In this document: in pieces, positions 1 through 11,099 of the stretch
Layout: each line of letters begins with the position of its first letter
Numbering within the stretch: position 1 is the first letter of the stretch
DNA from: a virus
Lineage: Duplodnaviria > Caudoviricetes
Virus record (IMG/VR): IMGVR_UViG_3300030107_004028
Coordinates: 1 to 50,644 of that record
Strand: one strand, 5' to 3'
DNA: 50,644 nucleotides
Made by a program: the position numbers and the translations under genes
The notes under the pieces: generated by a model
What the model was told of the DNA's origin: nothing
The model's input: only the letters and a program-made list of their open reading frames with translations
The model's database searches: none

Positions 1-1
1 A

Positions 2-1321
2 GTTGCTTATCTCGTAGGACATCTTGATATGGGCGATAATGATATAGTCAAACTTGGTGATGGTGATGATTTACAATTTCATCATAATGGCTCTCACAAC
101 TACATAGATATAAATAATGGTAATCTTTATTTTAGAGATGATGCAGATAATAATATCTTTACTATTTATAGAGAGGGTGGTGGAGTTCAATTAAACGAGG
201 GCGATGTAAAAATACCTGCAACTTCTAAAATTTATTTAGATGGTGGTGGCGATACTTACCTACACGAGGTTGCTGCTAATTCAATAGCATTCAATACTGG
301 TGGTGCAGAAAGAATGAGATTAAATACTGATGGATTAGGTATAATGACTGCTGACCCTGGTGCTTACAATAATGATGGAGATGACTTTGTAATATATGGC
401 ACAGGTGATACTGGTATGTCAATAGCAAGTGGAACATCATCAGATGGTTCTTTAATATTTGCTGATGGAACAACTGGAACATCAGGATATAGAGGCAAAC
501 TTGTCTACGAACACGATAACGATGCTATGGTTATTTATACTGCTGCAGGAGAAAGAGTAAGAACAGACTCATCAGGTAGATTAGTAGTAGGTGCGACTGC
601 AGCAATCGCAAATGTTGCAGGAACAGGACATTTTCAAGTATTAGGAACTGGTGGTGGAGATTCTACATTAACCATAGGAAGATTTAGCAATAATAGTAGT
701 CCACCTACATTGGCTTTTTCTAAATCAAGAAATGGAACAATAGGTTCAAACACTATTGTTCAAGATGGAGATAATTTAGGACAAATAGTTTTTACTGCAT
801 CAGATGGTTCAGATATGATATGCAATGCTGCGAAAATAGAAGCAGAGGTAGATGGAACTCCTGGAAGCAATGATATGCCTGGAAGATTAGGATTTTATAC
901 TGCTGCAGATGGTGCAACAGGTGCTACAGAAGCATTAAGGATTGATTGCACACAAGATGCACACTTTGACCAAGATGTAATTGCATTTTCAAGCACTCCA
1001 TCAGACATAAGATTAAAAGAAAATTTTACAAAGATTGAAAATGGATTAGATGTAGTAAGCAAATTAGAAGGACATACATTTAATTGGAAAAAGGGTGGAG
1101 AAAGATTAAGTGCAGGATTTAAAGCACAAGAAGTAGAAAAGATTTTACCGCATTTGGTTGATGAGAAGAAACTTCCATTGAAAGCAGATGATGATAAAGA
1201 ATATAAGATTTTACGATATGAGGAAATGATACCTTATTTAGTAGAGGCAATAAAAGAACAACAAGAAGAAATAGAGTTGCTAAAAGCAAATCTATCTGAC
1301 TTAAAATACAATAGGAGATAA
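2..1321 (+). CDS. Tail fibre/spike protein, C-terminal part with intramolecular chaperone (peptidase S74-like) domain; 5' truncated
   Basis: Frame is open from the window start. Gly/Asp-rich beta-fibre repeats shared with 45310..49551. C-terminal SDIRLKENF...FNWK...GFKAQEVEKILPHLV...YEEMIPYLVEAIKEQQ is the S74 signature. Confidence 0.88.
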   Translation, partial: VAYLVGHLDMGDNDIVKLGDGDDLQFHHNGSHNYIDINNGNLYFRDDADNNIFTIYREGGGVQLNEGDVKIPATSKIYLDGGGDTYLHEVAANSIAFNTGGAERMRLNTDGLGIMTADPGAYNNDGDDFVIYGTGDTGMSIASGTSSDGSLIFADGTTGTSGYRGKLVYEHDNDAMVIYTAAGERVRTDSSGRLVVGATAAIANVAGTGHFQVLGTGGGDSTLTIGRFSNNSSPPTLAFSKSRNGTIGSNTIVQDGDNLGQIVFTASDGSDMICNAAKIEAEVDGTPGSNDMPGRLGFYTAADGATGATEALRIDCTQDAHFDQDVIAFSSTPSDIRLKENFTKIENGLDVVSKLEGHTFNWKKGGERLSAGFKAQEVEKILPHLVDEKKLPLKADDDKEYKILRYEEMIPYLVEAIKEQQEEIELLKANLSDLKYNRR

Positions 1322-1323
1322 CG

Positions 1324-1557
1324 ATGGCTAAAAAAATAGCAGAAAAAGCAAGTGATGCTTCAGTTAAAAAAGTTGAAATTCAACACCTTAAAGCAGGAAA
1401 AGACGATAAAGGTAATGATGTAAACTTTGTTGATAGAACTGAAGTTTTATTAGTAGATGTTGCGATTGAAGATGCAGAAGCACAATTAGTAAATGCAGAA
1501 GCAAGAGTAACTGAACTTAAAGCAGATATTGCTGAATATAAAAAGATTAAGGGTTAA
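1324..1557 (+). CDS. Small coiled-coil protein after tail fibre (possible fibre assembly/accessory protein); paralog of 49565..49804
   Basis: AGGAG RBS; C-terminus AEAQLV.AEARVTELKADI.EYKKIKG shared with 49565..49804. Confidence 0.7.
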   Translation: MAKKIAEKASDASVKKVEIQHLKAGKDDKGNDVNFVDRTEVLLVDVAIEDAEAQLVNAEARVTELKADIAEYKKIKG

Positions 1558-1559
1558 TT

Positions 1560-1853
1560 ATGGCTTTACCTAAAGTCCCAACAACGAATGTAGGAATATA
1601 TAACCATTTGAGAGTATCAACTGATTGCAATGAAACAACCAATTTAAGCTTGGGAAGTTTGTGCAATGGTGGAGATATTGGTGGAATTGACCATACATTT
1701 GGTGGTGAAGGTGGTCCAGCAAAAGACTTTGATGTGATTGGTGGAACAAACAATCCAATAACCACAACAGTAGATTCAACAAATTTATATGACGATACTA
1801 TAGGAGTTGCACCATATAATCTTGCTAATTGTATTGGTGGACAATATACATAA
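1560..1853 (+). CDS. Hypothetical protein (Gly-rich, possibly virion-associated)
   Basis: 97-aa ORF in the operon. Confidence 0.6.
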   Translation: MALPKVPTTNVGIYNHLRVSTDCNETTNLSLGSLCNGGDIGGIDHTFGGEGGPAKDFDVIGGTNNPITTTVDSTNLYDDTIGVAPYNLANCIGGQYT

Positions 1854-1905
1854 GGATAGTGGTGGAATCAAGTGATTTGTAGAGATAAAAAAAATAAAAA
1901 AAAGG

Positions 1906-1935
1906 TTGACAAAGATAAGAATAATTTAGTATTTT
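1906..1935 (+). promoter_or_regulatory. Sigma70-type promoter TTGACA-18 bp-TATTTT
   Basis: AT-rich intergenic region; same architecture as 32708..32737. Confidence 0.6.
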
Positions 1936-1998
1936 ATATTGGTGAAGTACATAAGGACATTCTTAATACTTTTTACCCTTTTCTTAAGAGGAGAAACT

Positions 1999-2487
1999 AT
2001 GGGCGTAAACGATAATCAAATAAAAGAATTAATTAAAGATGTTTGCGTGCAGTTAGGAGAGAAATATGCGAAACCTAAAGCACTGGACATTGTATATGCA
2101 ACTGGTCTTGTGGAAAGCAAGTATCAATACATTCAGCAAATTGGAGAAGGTCCAGCAAAAAGCTTCTGGCAGGTGGAACCAGAAACTGCTGTGGACAACT
2201 GTAAAAACTTTATATCAGCACGTCCTGAACTTCTTCAGAAGTCTGCAGATATTCTTGGTATCGACCCTTATTATTTTATTGACCCTGACATCGATGATTG
2301 GGACTGGATTCTTCGCACTAATATTGCTGCTGGTATATTGCATTGTAGAATTAAGTATTGGCGCATACCAGAGCCTATTGAAGATGGGCCTCAAGGATTG
2401 GCTAAATATTGGAAACAGCACTATAACACAGAACAAGGAGCGGGAAGCGTAGAGCATTTTCTGCACTTAACAGAAGGAAAATTATAA
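1999..2487 (+). CDS. Lysozyme-like/transglycosylase-fold peptidoglycan hydrolase (endolysin or virion lysin)
   Basis: GAGGAG RBS before ATG 1999; motif TGLVES...QIGEGPAKSFWQVEPETA...YWKQHYNT..GAG typical of small phage lysozyme-like proteins. Confidence 0.6.
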   Translation: MGVNDNQIKELIKDVCVQLGEKYAKPKALDIVYATGLVESKYQYIQQIGEGPAKSFWQVEPETAVDNCKNFISARPELLQKSADILGIDPYYFIDPDIDDWDWILRTNIAAGILHCRIKYWRIPEPIEDGPQGLAKYWKQHYNTEQGAGSVEHFLHLTEGKL

Positions 2488-3197
2488 TGGCAACATCATT
2501 TTATGATATATTGGGAGATTTACAAACTGGGATAGGTTACGGAAAAACACAAGGTCTTGTTAATTTAGGCTTTGATGTTCAAGACGAAAAAGACCATTTA
2601 GAAGGTCTTATAAGAGAGTATGAAAAAAATATTACAGATGCTGGGTATGACGTAGAAGATTATAAAGCAGGACAAACGAAGAGAGGAGCTCTTCCTCAGG
2701 CAGCAGCAGTTGCAGGAAAAATGCTTGGAAAAGGAAAATGGGCAACAGCAATTGCAGGAATGCACCCTATTGGACAGTTAGCTTTATTGGCTGGAATAGG
2801 ATTTGGCTCAAGAAGATTATTTGGAAAAAAGAAACCTAAAGTAGAACAAGTTGATTTTACACAAGGTCCAGAAGGAAGACAAGGTAGATTTTTATCTGAA
2901 TCAAGAAAAGATGCTACAATGGACCAAGAAACTTCAACAAGATTTATTAGTGAAGCATTAAAAGGTAGCAAAACAGCAGACCTTCTTGGTTCTGTAAGCA
3001 CAGCAGCAACGCTTCTTTCTCTAACAGGAGGAAAAGATTTTTGGAATATGGACGCTTCAACTCCTATAATTGATGATAAAATTAGACCTTGGTTTCAAAA
3101 CCTGTTTTCAGGAAAAGGAGGCGATGATACATCATTAATGAATAAGTCATTGCAATACTATCAACATCACTTACCAGGAAGACAAATAACAGGTTAA
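2487..3197 (+). CDS. Probable internal virion/ejection protein
   Basis: Gly/Ala-rich amphipathic segments; first of four genes of increasing size after the tail genes. Confidence 0.5.
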   Translation: MATSFYDILGDLQTGIGYGKTQGLVNLGFDVQDEKDHLEGLIREYEKNITDAGYDVEDYKAGQTKRGALPQAAAVAGKMLGKGKWATAIAGMHPIGQLALLAGIGFGSRRLFGKKKPKVEQVDFTQGPEGRQGRFLSESRKDATMDQETSTRFISEALKGSKTADLLGSVSTAATLLSLTGGKDFWNMDASTPIIDDKIRPWFQNLFSGKGGDDTSLMNKSLQYYQHHLPGRQITG

Positions 3198-3220
3198 AAT
3201 AACAAAAAAAGGAAAGTTAT

Positions 3221-3940
3221 ATGGCATTTTATGATGAAAGTTTTTTAGATACAAGTTTAGAAGATATATTTGAAAAGTATAGACCAAGTAGATATACTGG
3301 AGGATGGCAACAGGGATTTTTAGACCCAGGTTCTATGTACGGATATGGGGCAATGGGTCCTTATGGTGAATATTTTGACCAATTAAATCTTGACCCGTCA
3401 GAATGGATGCAAGGGAGAACTGCTTTAAAAGAAAGAGCTGGGAAAATGCACGGAAATATTGAAGCTCAATACGGTCAAGGATTAAGAGGATTGGGAGAAA
3501 AATCTCTTTTAGGAATAGAAAACATAAGAGGGTCTCAAGCAAAATCTGGTATGGTTGGAGGAGCTTCTGGAAGAATGCTTGAACAACTTCGTCGTTCTGG
3601 AGCAGAAGGAGTAGGAGATTTATCTCAGAGAAGAGGTTCTCAGCATATGACAGTCAGTGACCAAATATCAAAAGAATGGTCAGCTTATAAAGGACTAATA
3701 CCTTCATTCCTTTCTCAGGCAGCAAATATTGCTATGGGAATCAGAGAATCAAGCCCTACAGACCAAGAAATTAGATATGCAAATACTGATGATATTTATA
3801 ATCTTTCTAGACAATTATCTGGAGAAGCACAAACAGGATTTGTAGATAGAGCAAATCAATTAATAGGTGGAGGAAACTTTACTTACCAATCTCTTATAGA
3901 TTTATTAGCAGACTATCAAGGAGGAGGAACTTATGGCTAG
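3221..3940 (+). CDS. Probable internal virion/ejection protein
   Basis: Gly/Gln-rich helical ORF; position in module. Confidence 0.5.
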   Translation: MAFYDESFLDTSLEDIFEKYRPSRYTGGWQQGFLDPGSMYGYGAMGPYGEYFDQLNLDPSEWMQGRTALKERAGKMHGNIEAQYGQGLRGLGEKSLLGIENIRGSQAKSGMVGGASGRMLEQLRRSGAEGVGDLSQRRGSQHMTVSDQISKEWSAYKGLIPSFLSQAANIAMGIRESSPTDQEIRYANTDDIYNLSRQLSGEAQTGFVDRANQLIGGGNFTYQSLIDLLADYQGGGTYG

Positions 3941-5852
3941 AAATCCAGTTATACCAACAAGTATAGGAAAACAGGCTGTAGCTGACTTTCAACAAACTTT
4001 AGAAAGAATTATGTCTCTAAAATACCAGTCTGAACAAAATTCTATTAACCAAGCAAATAGAGAAGAAGATATAAAACGTAGGGCAGGTGAGAGAGAAGAA
4101 GAGATTGCGTATAGAAATAAAAGAGACAACATAACTGACACTAGAAATTATGAGAAGACCTTCTTAAGTCTGGTAGATACAGCAAATGAGTATCTAAATC
4201 TAGAAACGGGAAATTTTGAAACTGCATATCAAAGAGACCAGTATAAACTTGTGATGAAACAAGCTCTTGATTTCGCAGAGAATAAAGGTCTTACAGCCCA
4301 GCACAATGCTTATTCTCCTCGAATAAGTGATGATTGGTTAAGCTCAAAAAGTGCAGGACTTAACAAATTTATTGAGTTCAAAGATAACATTACTAATATA
4401 AACCCTGCAGTAAGAGAGTCAGGTGAAAATTTAATTTTTGATATAAATAATTCTTTAGCAAATAGCGAAATAACTCCAAGTCAATTTACAAAATTACAGC
4501 AACTTACAACTTCAAAGATAGCTAGTCAAGGTCCTTATGTTTGGGGTGACTTTGCACCAACATCAGGGGCATTAAAACAAGCTATGACAGCAGTAGGTAC
4601 TGCTGCAGCTTCCTACACATCTAATACGTGGGATGGATTATCGGAAGCAAGTAAAAATAGTGCTTTGAGTAATTATTCGGGCACTGTGGGAGACCCAGTG
4701 ATAGGAACGCAGAATAAAATGTCAGTTAGAAATGATGTATTTCAACAGTTTGGAGGTGATTTAATAAAGAAAGACTTAACTTCAGACAAGACGATTTCAA
4801 TTCAAAGTAGCAAATACTATGATAAAATGTCGCTAATAACAGGAAAGCCAGCTCATAGACTGTATTGGGAAGACCAAAATAGTTCTCTTGAAATAACAAG
4901 TGCTAAAGCATTTCAAGACACTTGGCTTTCTAATTTTTCAGGGTTTGACAAACCTGGAGCTCAAAAGTGGGCAATGGGAGAACTTCCAAAAAACGTACTA
5001 GAGAATGTTTACATACCTAAACTTATTCAATCTCTTAAAATCACTAATCCTGAATGGCATAATCCTGAGAATGGTGCGATTAGCGAAGATATGATAAATC
5101 ATATGGTTGAAGTATATGAAGTCCCTATGGCAAGTTTGAAAGAAATGACATCTGAATCTCCTGCAGGCGGTCCAAGTGGAAAAAGCGGTACTGGAGAAAA
5201 GAAAATTTTAGACCAGACATTAATCGACAACAAAACTGAATCTCTACACAAAGAGATAGTTTCTGATTCTAATAAAATATATGGAAAAAAATTAACAGAA
5301 TCAGAAGAAGTATCTTTTAGTAAAAAAATTAGAGATGTACAGTCACTTAATCCAGACCATCCATTCTTTTCAGCTATAAAATTCACAGAAAAAGATGAAC
5401 CTTATATTTCGGGAGAAGGATTTGTTTGGGCTCAAAAATTATATGACTTGCCTAATTCAACAGTGTGGAAAGGAAGAGCTTCTGTCATAAGAGGAAGATT
5501 GGCTGATTTAAAACGTTGGCCTGGAATTAATGAACCTGTTAAAGCAACTGATTCTTACAACCTCACGATTAAAAAAAATCAATACAGAAGATTGAATGAA
5601 AGAATTCTTAAACCTGTTCACACAGGTAGTATGGCGGGAGTATGGCAGACTAATCCAGAGATTAGAGATATAGTATTGAGTGGTCAAGACCCTTCAAAGG
5701 CATACAAACCAACTACTTCTGAAGGACACCAGAGCTTAAGACGATTTTATGATACAAAATTATATCTTACACCAGAGCTATTAAATCATATCAGTAGGAA
5801 AGAGCTAGAAGGTTCTCCTGAGATAGAGAGAGTTTTAACAGATGCCAGATGA
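3933..5852 (+). CDS. Probable internal virion/ejection protein (639 aa)
   Basis: N-terminal coiled coil; sits before the largest ORF, as T7 gp15 does. Confidence 0.5.
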   Translation: MARNPVIPTSIGKQAVADFQQTLERIMSLKYQSEQNSINQANREEDIKRRAGEREEEIAYRNKRDNITDTRNYEKTFLSLVDTANEYLNLETGNFETAYQRDQYKLVMKQALDFAENKGLTAQHNAYSPRISDDWLSSKSAGLNKFIEFKDNITNINPAVRESGENLIFDINNSLANSEITPSQFTKLQQLTTSKIASQGPYVWGDFAPTSGALKQAMTAVGTAAASYTSNTWDGLSEASKNSALSNYSGTVGDPVIGTQNKMSVRNDVFQQFGGDLIKKDLTSDKTISIQSSKYYDKMSLITGKPAHRLYWEDQNSSLEITSAKAFQDTWLSNFSGFDKPGAQKWAMGELPKNVLENVYIPKLIQSLKITNPEWHNPENGAISEDMINHMVEVYEVPMASLKEMTSESPAGGPSGKSGTGEKKILDQTLIDNKTESLHKEIVSDSNKIYGKKLTESEEVSFSKKIRDVQSLNPDHPFFSAIKFTEKDEPYISGEGFVWAQKLYDLPNSTVWKGRASVIRGRLADLKRWPGINEPVKATDSYNLTIKKNQYRRLNERILKPVHTGSMAGVWQTNPEIRDIVLSGQDPSKAYKPTTSEGHQSLRRFYDTKLYLTPELLNHISRKELEGSPEIERVLTDAR

Positions 5853-8800
5853 TAAAAAATGGTATCACATAGGAGGAGTATCTGATACTAATATTACTCC
5901 TACTGGACTTCCTTCTTTTGTAAAGTTAGAAGACAAAGAAGAGAAGGAGACTAAGTGGTACAACTTTGGTAGCAAAGACGATATAAAATCACTACCAACT
6001 ATAGATGCAAGATTTAGAGATTATCCCATAACAGAAGAAGAGCAAAGAAGTAGTTTTTGGGATTCTATGCCTACGTGGTATAAACAAGCATACAATAATT
6101 CAATAGGCGGATTAATGCACCAAATATCTACTGGAGAAACCTATTATGATATAAGTTCTGCTCCAGATAGCTTAACTCGAGATTTGGTATCTGGATTTCT
6201 TTCTTTCTTTGCATCTAAAGAAGATTGGGCCGCTTTATTAGCTGGAGGTGGGATAGGAGGAGCTGCTGTTAAACAAGTTGCAAAAGCTGGAATAACTGGA
6301 GCTGTAAAAAGAAGAACAGCTACCGTTCTTACAAGAAAAATGGCTCAGGAAAAAGGCTTGGATAAAGCAGCTAGAACTCAGGCATATCAAAGAGCGATGG
6401 GAAAGATTGATGACGTTATACAAAAAGGAGGTCCTCAAGCTTTTATTCTTGGTACTCACCAAGGTCTTTTTGAGGCCGCATCTCACGCAAGAGACGATTT
6501 GGTATCTGGAGGATTTAATACTGACGAATATAAAGATTTAAATCCATTGGAACAATGGGGTAAAGCTTTTGGAACAGTTATGTCTCACGCAAATCCTATG
6601 GATTTTTTAAAGATGGGTACATTAGGTTTTGTTGGAGGCTCTGCACAAGCATTGAGATGGTCAGGCAAATTGCCAGTAAGACTACAAGGAGATGCTACAT
6701 TAGGTTTAATATCTGAAGGTTTAGCATTTGGAGGAGCTGCTCCAGTTATTATGGAAGGAAGAGCTCCTACCTTTCAAGACTTTGTCATTGGCGCAGGTAT
6801 AGTTGGTGCAATAAAAACTCCTGGTGCTATAGCTGGAAGACTAAAGAAACGTAGAGCTCGTAAGTACGTTGATGAGATGGAAGGGAAAGAAACAAACATT
6901 CCAGCGGCGGCAGAAGAAAAATATCAAAAAGCTGTACGAGATTTTGATAACAAGAAGATAAGTAGAGCAGAATTTGAAGCAGCTAAAGAAGAATATCGTT
7001 CTGCAAAAAAGACTTTCTTAAGAGAGGCTGCTGAAGAAGCTGAATACGGACCTATACAAAAAGAAGTATATGAAGCTCAAGGAATGGACGGTAAAGCTGT
7101 TCTTGATTTAGGGCATTATGAACACAAAAGAATTAAGGGAGTTTCTCATATTGTTGACCCTGTAACTGGACAGACAGTTGTTTCTCTGTCTAACAAACAA
7201 TTCAGGAAAGCAATATCAAAGAAGGAATTTTCAGATTCCAGCAACAGATATTTAGAGATAGATATAATGGGAACATTTGAGAGGAAAAGACCTGGACAAC
7301 CAATAACTTATCAGGGAAGACAATTAGGAAGGTCTGAAGTAATTAAATATCAAAAGATGAAAAGTGGAACTGTAGAACCTGTTCCTTTTCTTGACGCAAA
7401 GCTTGTAAGTGGCTCTTTTTCAGCTTCAAAGGGTAAAACAATATCAATACAGATTCCTGGTTTAGGAAGATGGCATTTAAATGAAATGAATACAAATTTA
7501 TTTTTTAAATTCTGGAGAGGGAATGGAGAAAGGTTGAAATCATTTGAAAAAGGACTTCCTAGTTCTGAAAAAAGCTCTATAATGACAAGACAAAGAAGAA
7601 ATCAAATTCAAGATATTAAAAAGAAAATGGATAACAGCGAAGATGGATTTATTCCAGAAGACTACGCAAATGCTGTAAGAGATGTTGCGTCTAGATATGG
7701 TTTAAAATCTTGGGAAAAAAGCATAATTAAGGGAACACTTCCTGATGTAAATAAAATGACAGATTCTCAACTATATTACCTTTCAAGACATATGGAAGCT
7801 CAAAGAAATATAAGACATTGGATGAAAGTTCACAAAAGGGATTTTAACTCATATCTTACAGATGAAATAGCTGGAGCGAACAATCAGTCTTTATTCTCAA
7901 AAATGATGGGAGCTGCTAAGCCTTTTTACCATCAACTACAAAGCCCTGCTTCTAGAAAATCTTTGAGACTTTTACAGGTAGTTAATGAAAGAACAATGTT
8001 TAGAGCTTCTGAAAGATTAGGGCAACTAGGAGTATTAACAAGAGAGGGAGATAAGAGTCCATTTTGGTCTGGATATGTAAGAGGCTCCAAAAAAGATTTA
8101 CAAAAATATGGAATAACAGCTCATCAAGAATTTATACAAATGTCAAAGTTTATAGCCAAAAAGAGAAAAGAAAAACCAGGTTTAGATAAAGGCTCTTATG
8201 AACAAATGTATATTGACGATATTATTAGAAGGAAGAATAAGGCTAAAGAAGGAAACGTTACTAAAGAAGGAGAGACCTTTGAACATCTTCAAAAAAGAGA
8301 GATATTCTTAAAAGCTGTAAGACCTTTTCTAGATGAAATCTATAGAGATGCAAGAAAAGCTGGAGTCCCAGTGGAGAGATATCTTGAGGGGTATTTTCCT
8401 AGAATGTTTAAAAAAGATGTTTTAGATATTATGTTTAATACTATGAAAAGCTGGGATGAAAAATTATCTCAAATAGTTGGAGATTATGGCTTAACATTAG
8501 ATTCAACAAATTACAATGCAAACCAGTTGAATGCATTAAATAATAGAGTTAAAGAATTGCTTCGAGGATTTAAAGATGAAAAAGGTAATTGGAAGAATGC
8601 AACAGAAGAACAAAGAATAATGAAAGCAGTATGGCAGGCTGCAGAGGGAGAATTAGAAACAAAGATTGCAGCAGGTGGAGGCCCTGGACCTAGAGCTTTT
8701 GACGTTTGGGCTTTAATACAGATGAATAATTATACCAATACTTTTAAAAGATTTGCTCCTTTAGAAAAACAAAGAAAACTTGGTAGAACTGAGGTAGGCT

Positions 8801-10611
8801 CTCAAGATTTAATGAAAGCTATAGATAGGGCAGACAATACTCTTATGGAAACAAACGTAAGGGAATTATTAGGAGAGTATGTAAATGGGGCAACTAAAAG
8901 AATAGAGATGACAAAAGCTTTTGGACATAGAAATCAATATTTTGATAAATTATTAAAAGCCATACCAGAAGACGCTAAAATGCAAGGATTTAAACTCCCT
9001 GGAATTTTTGGAGGACAAGATTTGCCTTTAGGAGCAAGAACAGAAAGGGAAGCTCTTAGGCTTGTTATGGATACACTAACTGGGAATATAAATTTTGGAC
9101 GTATGCCTTTAAGTAAAACTTTGCAAACTGTTTCTAATTTAGAAATGTTAACAAAGATATCTTGGGGTTATGCTGTTGTTCCTAATTTATCACAAACTTT
9201 AATATCTACATCTTTGGCATACGGTAATGGTCTTGCATTTAAATCTATGTGGAAACTTTATGGAGCAAAAGGAGCTAAAGAAAAACAAAAATTTGTTAAG
9301 TCTACAGGAGCAACATTCTTGACAGCTTGGGACGAATTTCTTGTACAAGACCAATTTTTACAAATAGGAAAAGAGAAAATGTTAAAATCTCAAGCACCTA
9401 TTAAAGAAGTTGTATGGAATATGATGAAAACAGACAAAGGGTATAGAGATGGATTAACTGGAATAACAAGGTTTTTCTCAAAACCATTTAGTGCTGTCAA
9501 TGAGGTGAATCAGATGATTGCAGCTGCAACTACAGAAGAATTTGTAATTAAAGCCGCTGGTATATTAACAGGTAAAAAAGGGTATCTTCAAAATATGCCT
9601 CTCATAGGAAAGAAAAGAATTTCATATATCGAAAACAGACTAAAGAGATTGGGTATAGATGGTAAAGACGTTGTTAAGCACGCAGATGCTATAATGAATG
9701 GTAACTACAACACTAAAGCTGAAAAATTAATGAGAGTTAAAGTAAAAAGAGGAATGCAAAAATTTGCCCTAGATAGTCAGCTTCAAAGAAACTTTATGTT
9801 AGACCCATACTTGTTTAATGACCCTTTTATGAAACCTCTTCTTCTGTTTAAAAGATTTGGATACAGGCAAGCAATGTTTGCTGGAGATACAATTGAAAGA
9901 GAATTTTCAAGAGGAAATCCTATGACTATACTTACATTAGCTGTTAACGGTTATTTTGGTGGACAGTTCGTTATGTGGGCAAAGGAAAAATTAGATAAAA
10001 TTATTACTGGAGAAGAAAATTATTACGGAAGAAGAAATAGGCAGAAAATTTTTAAAGAAGACACTACATACCAAGATTTAATAAACTCAGCTAGAGCTAT
10101 TGGTTCTTTCGGAGCTCTTTCTGACATAATGGTAGACGATGACCACGCATCAGCTTTTAAATTCTTTTTAAAACCTGTAATTATTGATGACTTTCAAAGA
10201 CTCATTAGAGCTTATGACACTTTTTCTAAAAGTGGACAAACTCACTACCCAGAACAATGGGATGTTCCAATTAGAAAGGGACTTACAGTGGCAGCTCCAG
10301 TTTTAGGTGGCCCAGTTTCTAAAATGTTAACTAGAGGAGCTTTTGGAATTGCTCCAGGATTAGAAACTGAAGGAATGGAAAAAGATAGAGTAAGAGCTAG
10401 AAAAAGAGAAACATTAGAATTTGTTAGAGAAAGAATAATTTCTAACGATATTAAAGGAGCTGAAAGACATTGGGTAAACTTTAACTCTTTATATGGACAA
10501 AGATATCCAAGTCTTATGATATCTGGAAATGATATAAGTTGGGCTGAGATACAGAAAAAATTCTGGAGAAGACAAAAACAACAATATGAGGAAAAAACAT
10601 ATATACCTTAA
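5842..10611 (+). CDS. Large internal virion/DNA ejection protein (1589 aa)
   Basis: Size, N-terminal Gly/Ala hydrophobic segments, helical basic body; position analogous to T7 gp16. Confidence 0.6.
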   Translation: MPDDKKWYHIGGVSDTNITPTGLPSFVKLEDKEEKETKWYNFGSKDDIKSLPTIDARFRDYPITEEEQRSSFWDSMPTWYKQAYNNSIGGLMHQISTGETYYDISSAPDSLTRDLVSGFLSFFASKEDWAALLAGGGIGGAAVKQVAKAGITGAVKRRTATVLTRKMAQEKGLDKAARTQAYQRAMGKIDDVIQKGGPQAFILGTHQGLFEAASHARDDLVSGGFNTDEYKDLNPLEQWGKAFGTVMSHANPMDFLKMGTLGFVGGSAQALRWSGKLPVRLQGDATLGLISEGLAFGGAAPVIMEGRAPTFQDFVIGAGIVGAIKTPGAIAGRLKKRRARKYVDEMEGKETNIPAAAEEKYQKAVRDFDNKKISRAEFEAAKEEYRSAKKTFLREAAEEAEYGPIQKEVYEAQGMDGKAVLDLGHYEHKRIKGVSHIVDPVTGQTVVSLSNKQFRKAISKKEFSDSSNRYLEIDIMGTFERKRPGQPITYQGRQLGRSEVIKYQKMKSGTVEPVPFLDAKLVSGSFSASKGKTISIQIPGLGRWHLNEMNTNLFFKFWRGNGERLKSFEKGLPSSEKSSIMTRQRRNQIQDIKKKMDNSEDGFIPEDYANAVRDVASRYGLKSWEKSIIKGTLPDVNKMTDSQLYYLSRHMEAQRNIRHWMKVHKRDFNSYLTDEIAGANNQSLFSKMMGAAKPFYHQLQSPASRKSLRLLQVVNERTMFRASERLGQLGVLTREGDKSPFWSGYVRGSKKDLQKYGITAHQEFIQMSKFIAKKRKEKPGLDKGSYEQMYIDDIIRRKNKAKEGNVTKEGETFEHLQKREIFLKAVRPFLDEIYRDARKAGVPVERYLEGYFPRMFKKDVLDIMFNTMKSWDEKLSQIVGDYGLTLDSTNYNANQLNALNNRVKELLRGFKDEKGNWKNATEEQRIMKAVWQAAEGELETKIAAGGGPGPRAFDVWALIQMNNYTNTFKRFAPLEKQRKLGRTEVGSQDLMKAIDRADNTLMETNVRELLGEYVNGATKRIEMTKAFGHRNQYFDKLLKAIPEDAKMQGFKLPGIFGGQDLPLGARTEREALRLVMDTLTGNINFGRMPLSKTLQTVSNLEMLTKISWGYAVVPNLSQTLISTSLAYGNGLAFKSMWKLYGAKGAKEKQKFVKSTGATFLTAWDEFLVQDQFLQIGKEKMLKSQAPIKEVVWNMMKTDKGYRDGLTGITRFFSKPFSAVNEVNQMIAAATTEEFVIKAAGILTGKKGYLQNMPLIGKKRISYIENRLKRLGIDGKDVVKHADAIMNGNYNTKAEKLMRVKVKRGMQKFALDSQLQRNFMLDPYLFNDPFMKPLLLFKRFGYRQAMFAGDTIEREFSRGNPMTILTLAVNGYFGGQFVMWAKEKLDKIITGEENYYGRRNRQKIFKEDTTYQDLINSARAIGSFGALSDIMVDDDHASAFKFFLKPVIIDDFQRLIRAYDTFSKSGQTHYPEQWDVPIRKGLTVAAPVLGGPVSKMLTRGAFGIAPGLETEGMEKDRVRARKRETLEFVRERIISNDIKGAERHWVNFNSLYGQRYPSLMISGNDISWAEIQKKFWRRQKQQYEEKTYIP

Positions 10612-10620
10612 GGATAAAAA

Positions 10621-11073
10621 ATGGACATAATAGAAAAAATAAAAAATGCAATTTCAAAATATCAAAACAGTAATGTAGAGACATCCCAACCTTCCCTTGA
10701 AGAGATTCTAGGTAGGAATCGAAGACAACCAACAGAAGATGAACTTCTTTACGGAAGTATGAGACAAGGTTATACTGATGAACAAATGATGGAAGCTATT
10801 CTAAGTGTTTATGACCCTTCAGGAATTGCAGGTAGAATAAAAAATATTAGCAAAATTATCAAAGCTAATAGAAGGTCTGGGCCAAAACAAACATTAGACC
10901 CAGCCACAGACACTGGAAGAACTTTAAGAGAAATAAACAAAGTAGATAAAACATTAAAGACAGATAAGATATCTGGTCAACAACTTAGACAGGATATATT
11001 TGATGCAGCTGAAGAGCTTTCAGATGAAAATGCAGCAAAAGTAATAGAATTATTAAAAAATAAGAATTATTAA
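10621..11073 (+). CDS. Hypothetical protein
   Basis: 150-aa ORF with AAGGA RBS. Confidence 0.6.
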   Translation: MDIIEKIKNAISKYQNSNVETSQPSLEEILGRNRRQPTEDELLYGSMRQGYTDEQMMEAILSVYDPSGIAGRIKNISKIIKANRRSGPKQTLDPATDTGRTLREINKVDKTLKTDKISGQQLRQDIFDAAEELSDENAAKVIELLKNKNY

Positions 11074-11099
11074 AAAATATACAATAGAAAGGAAATAGA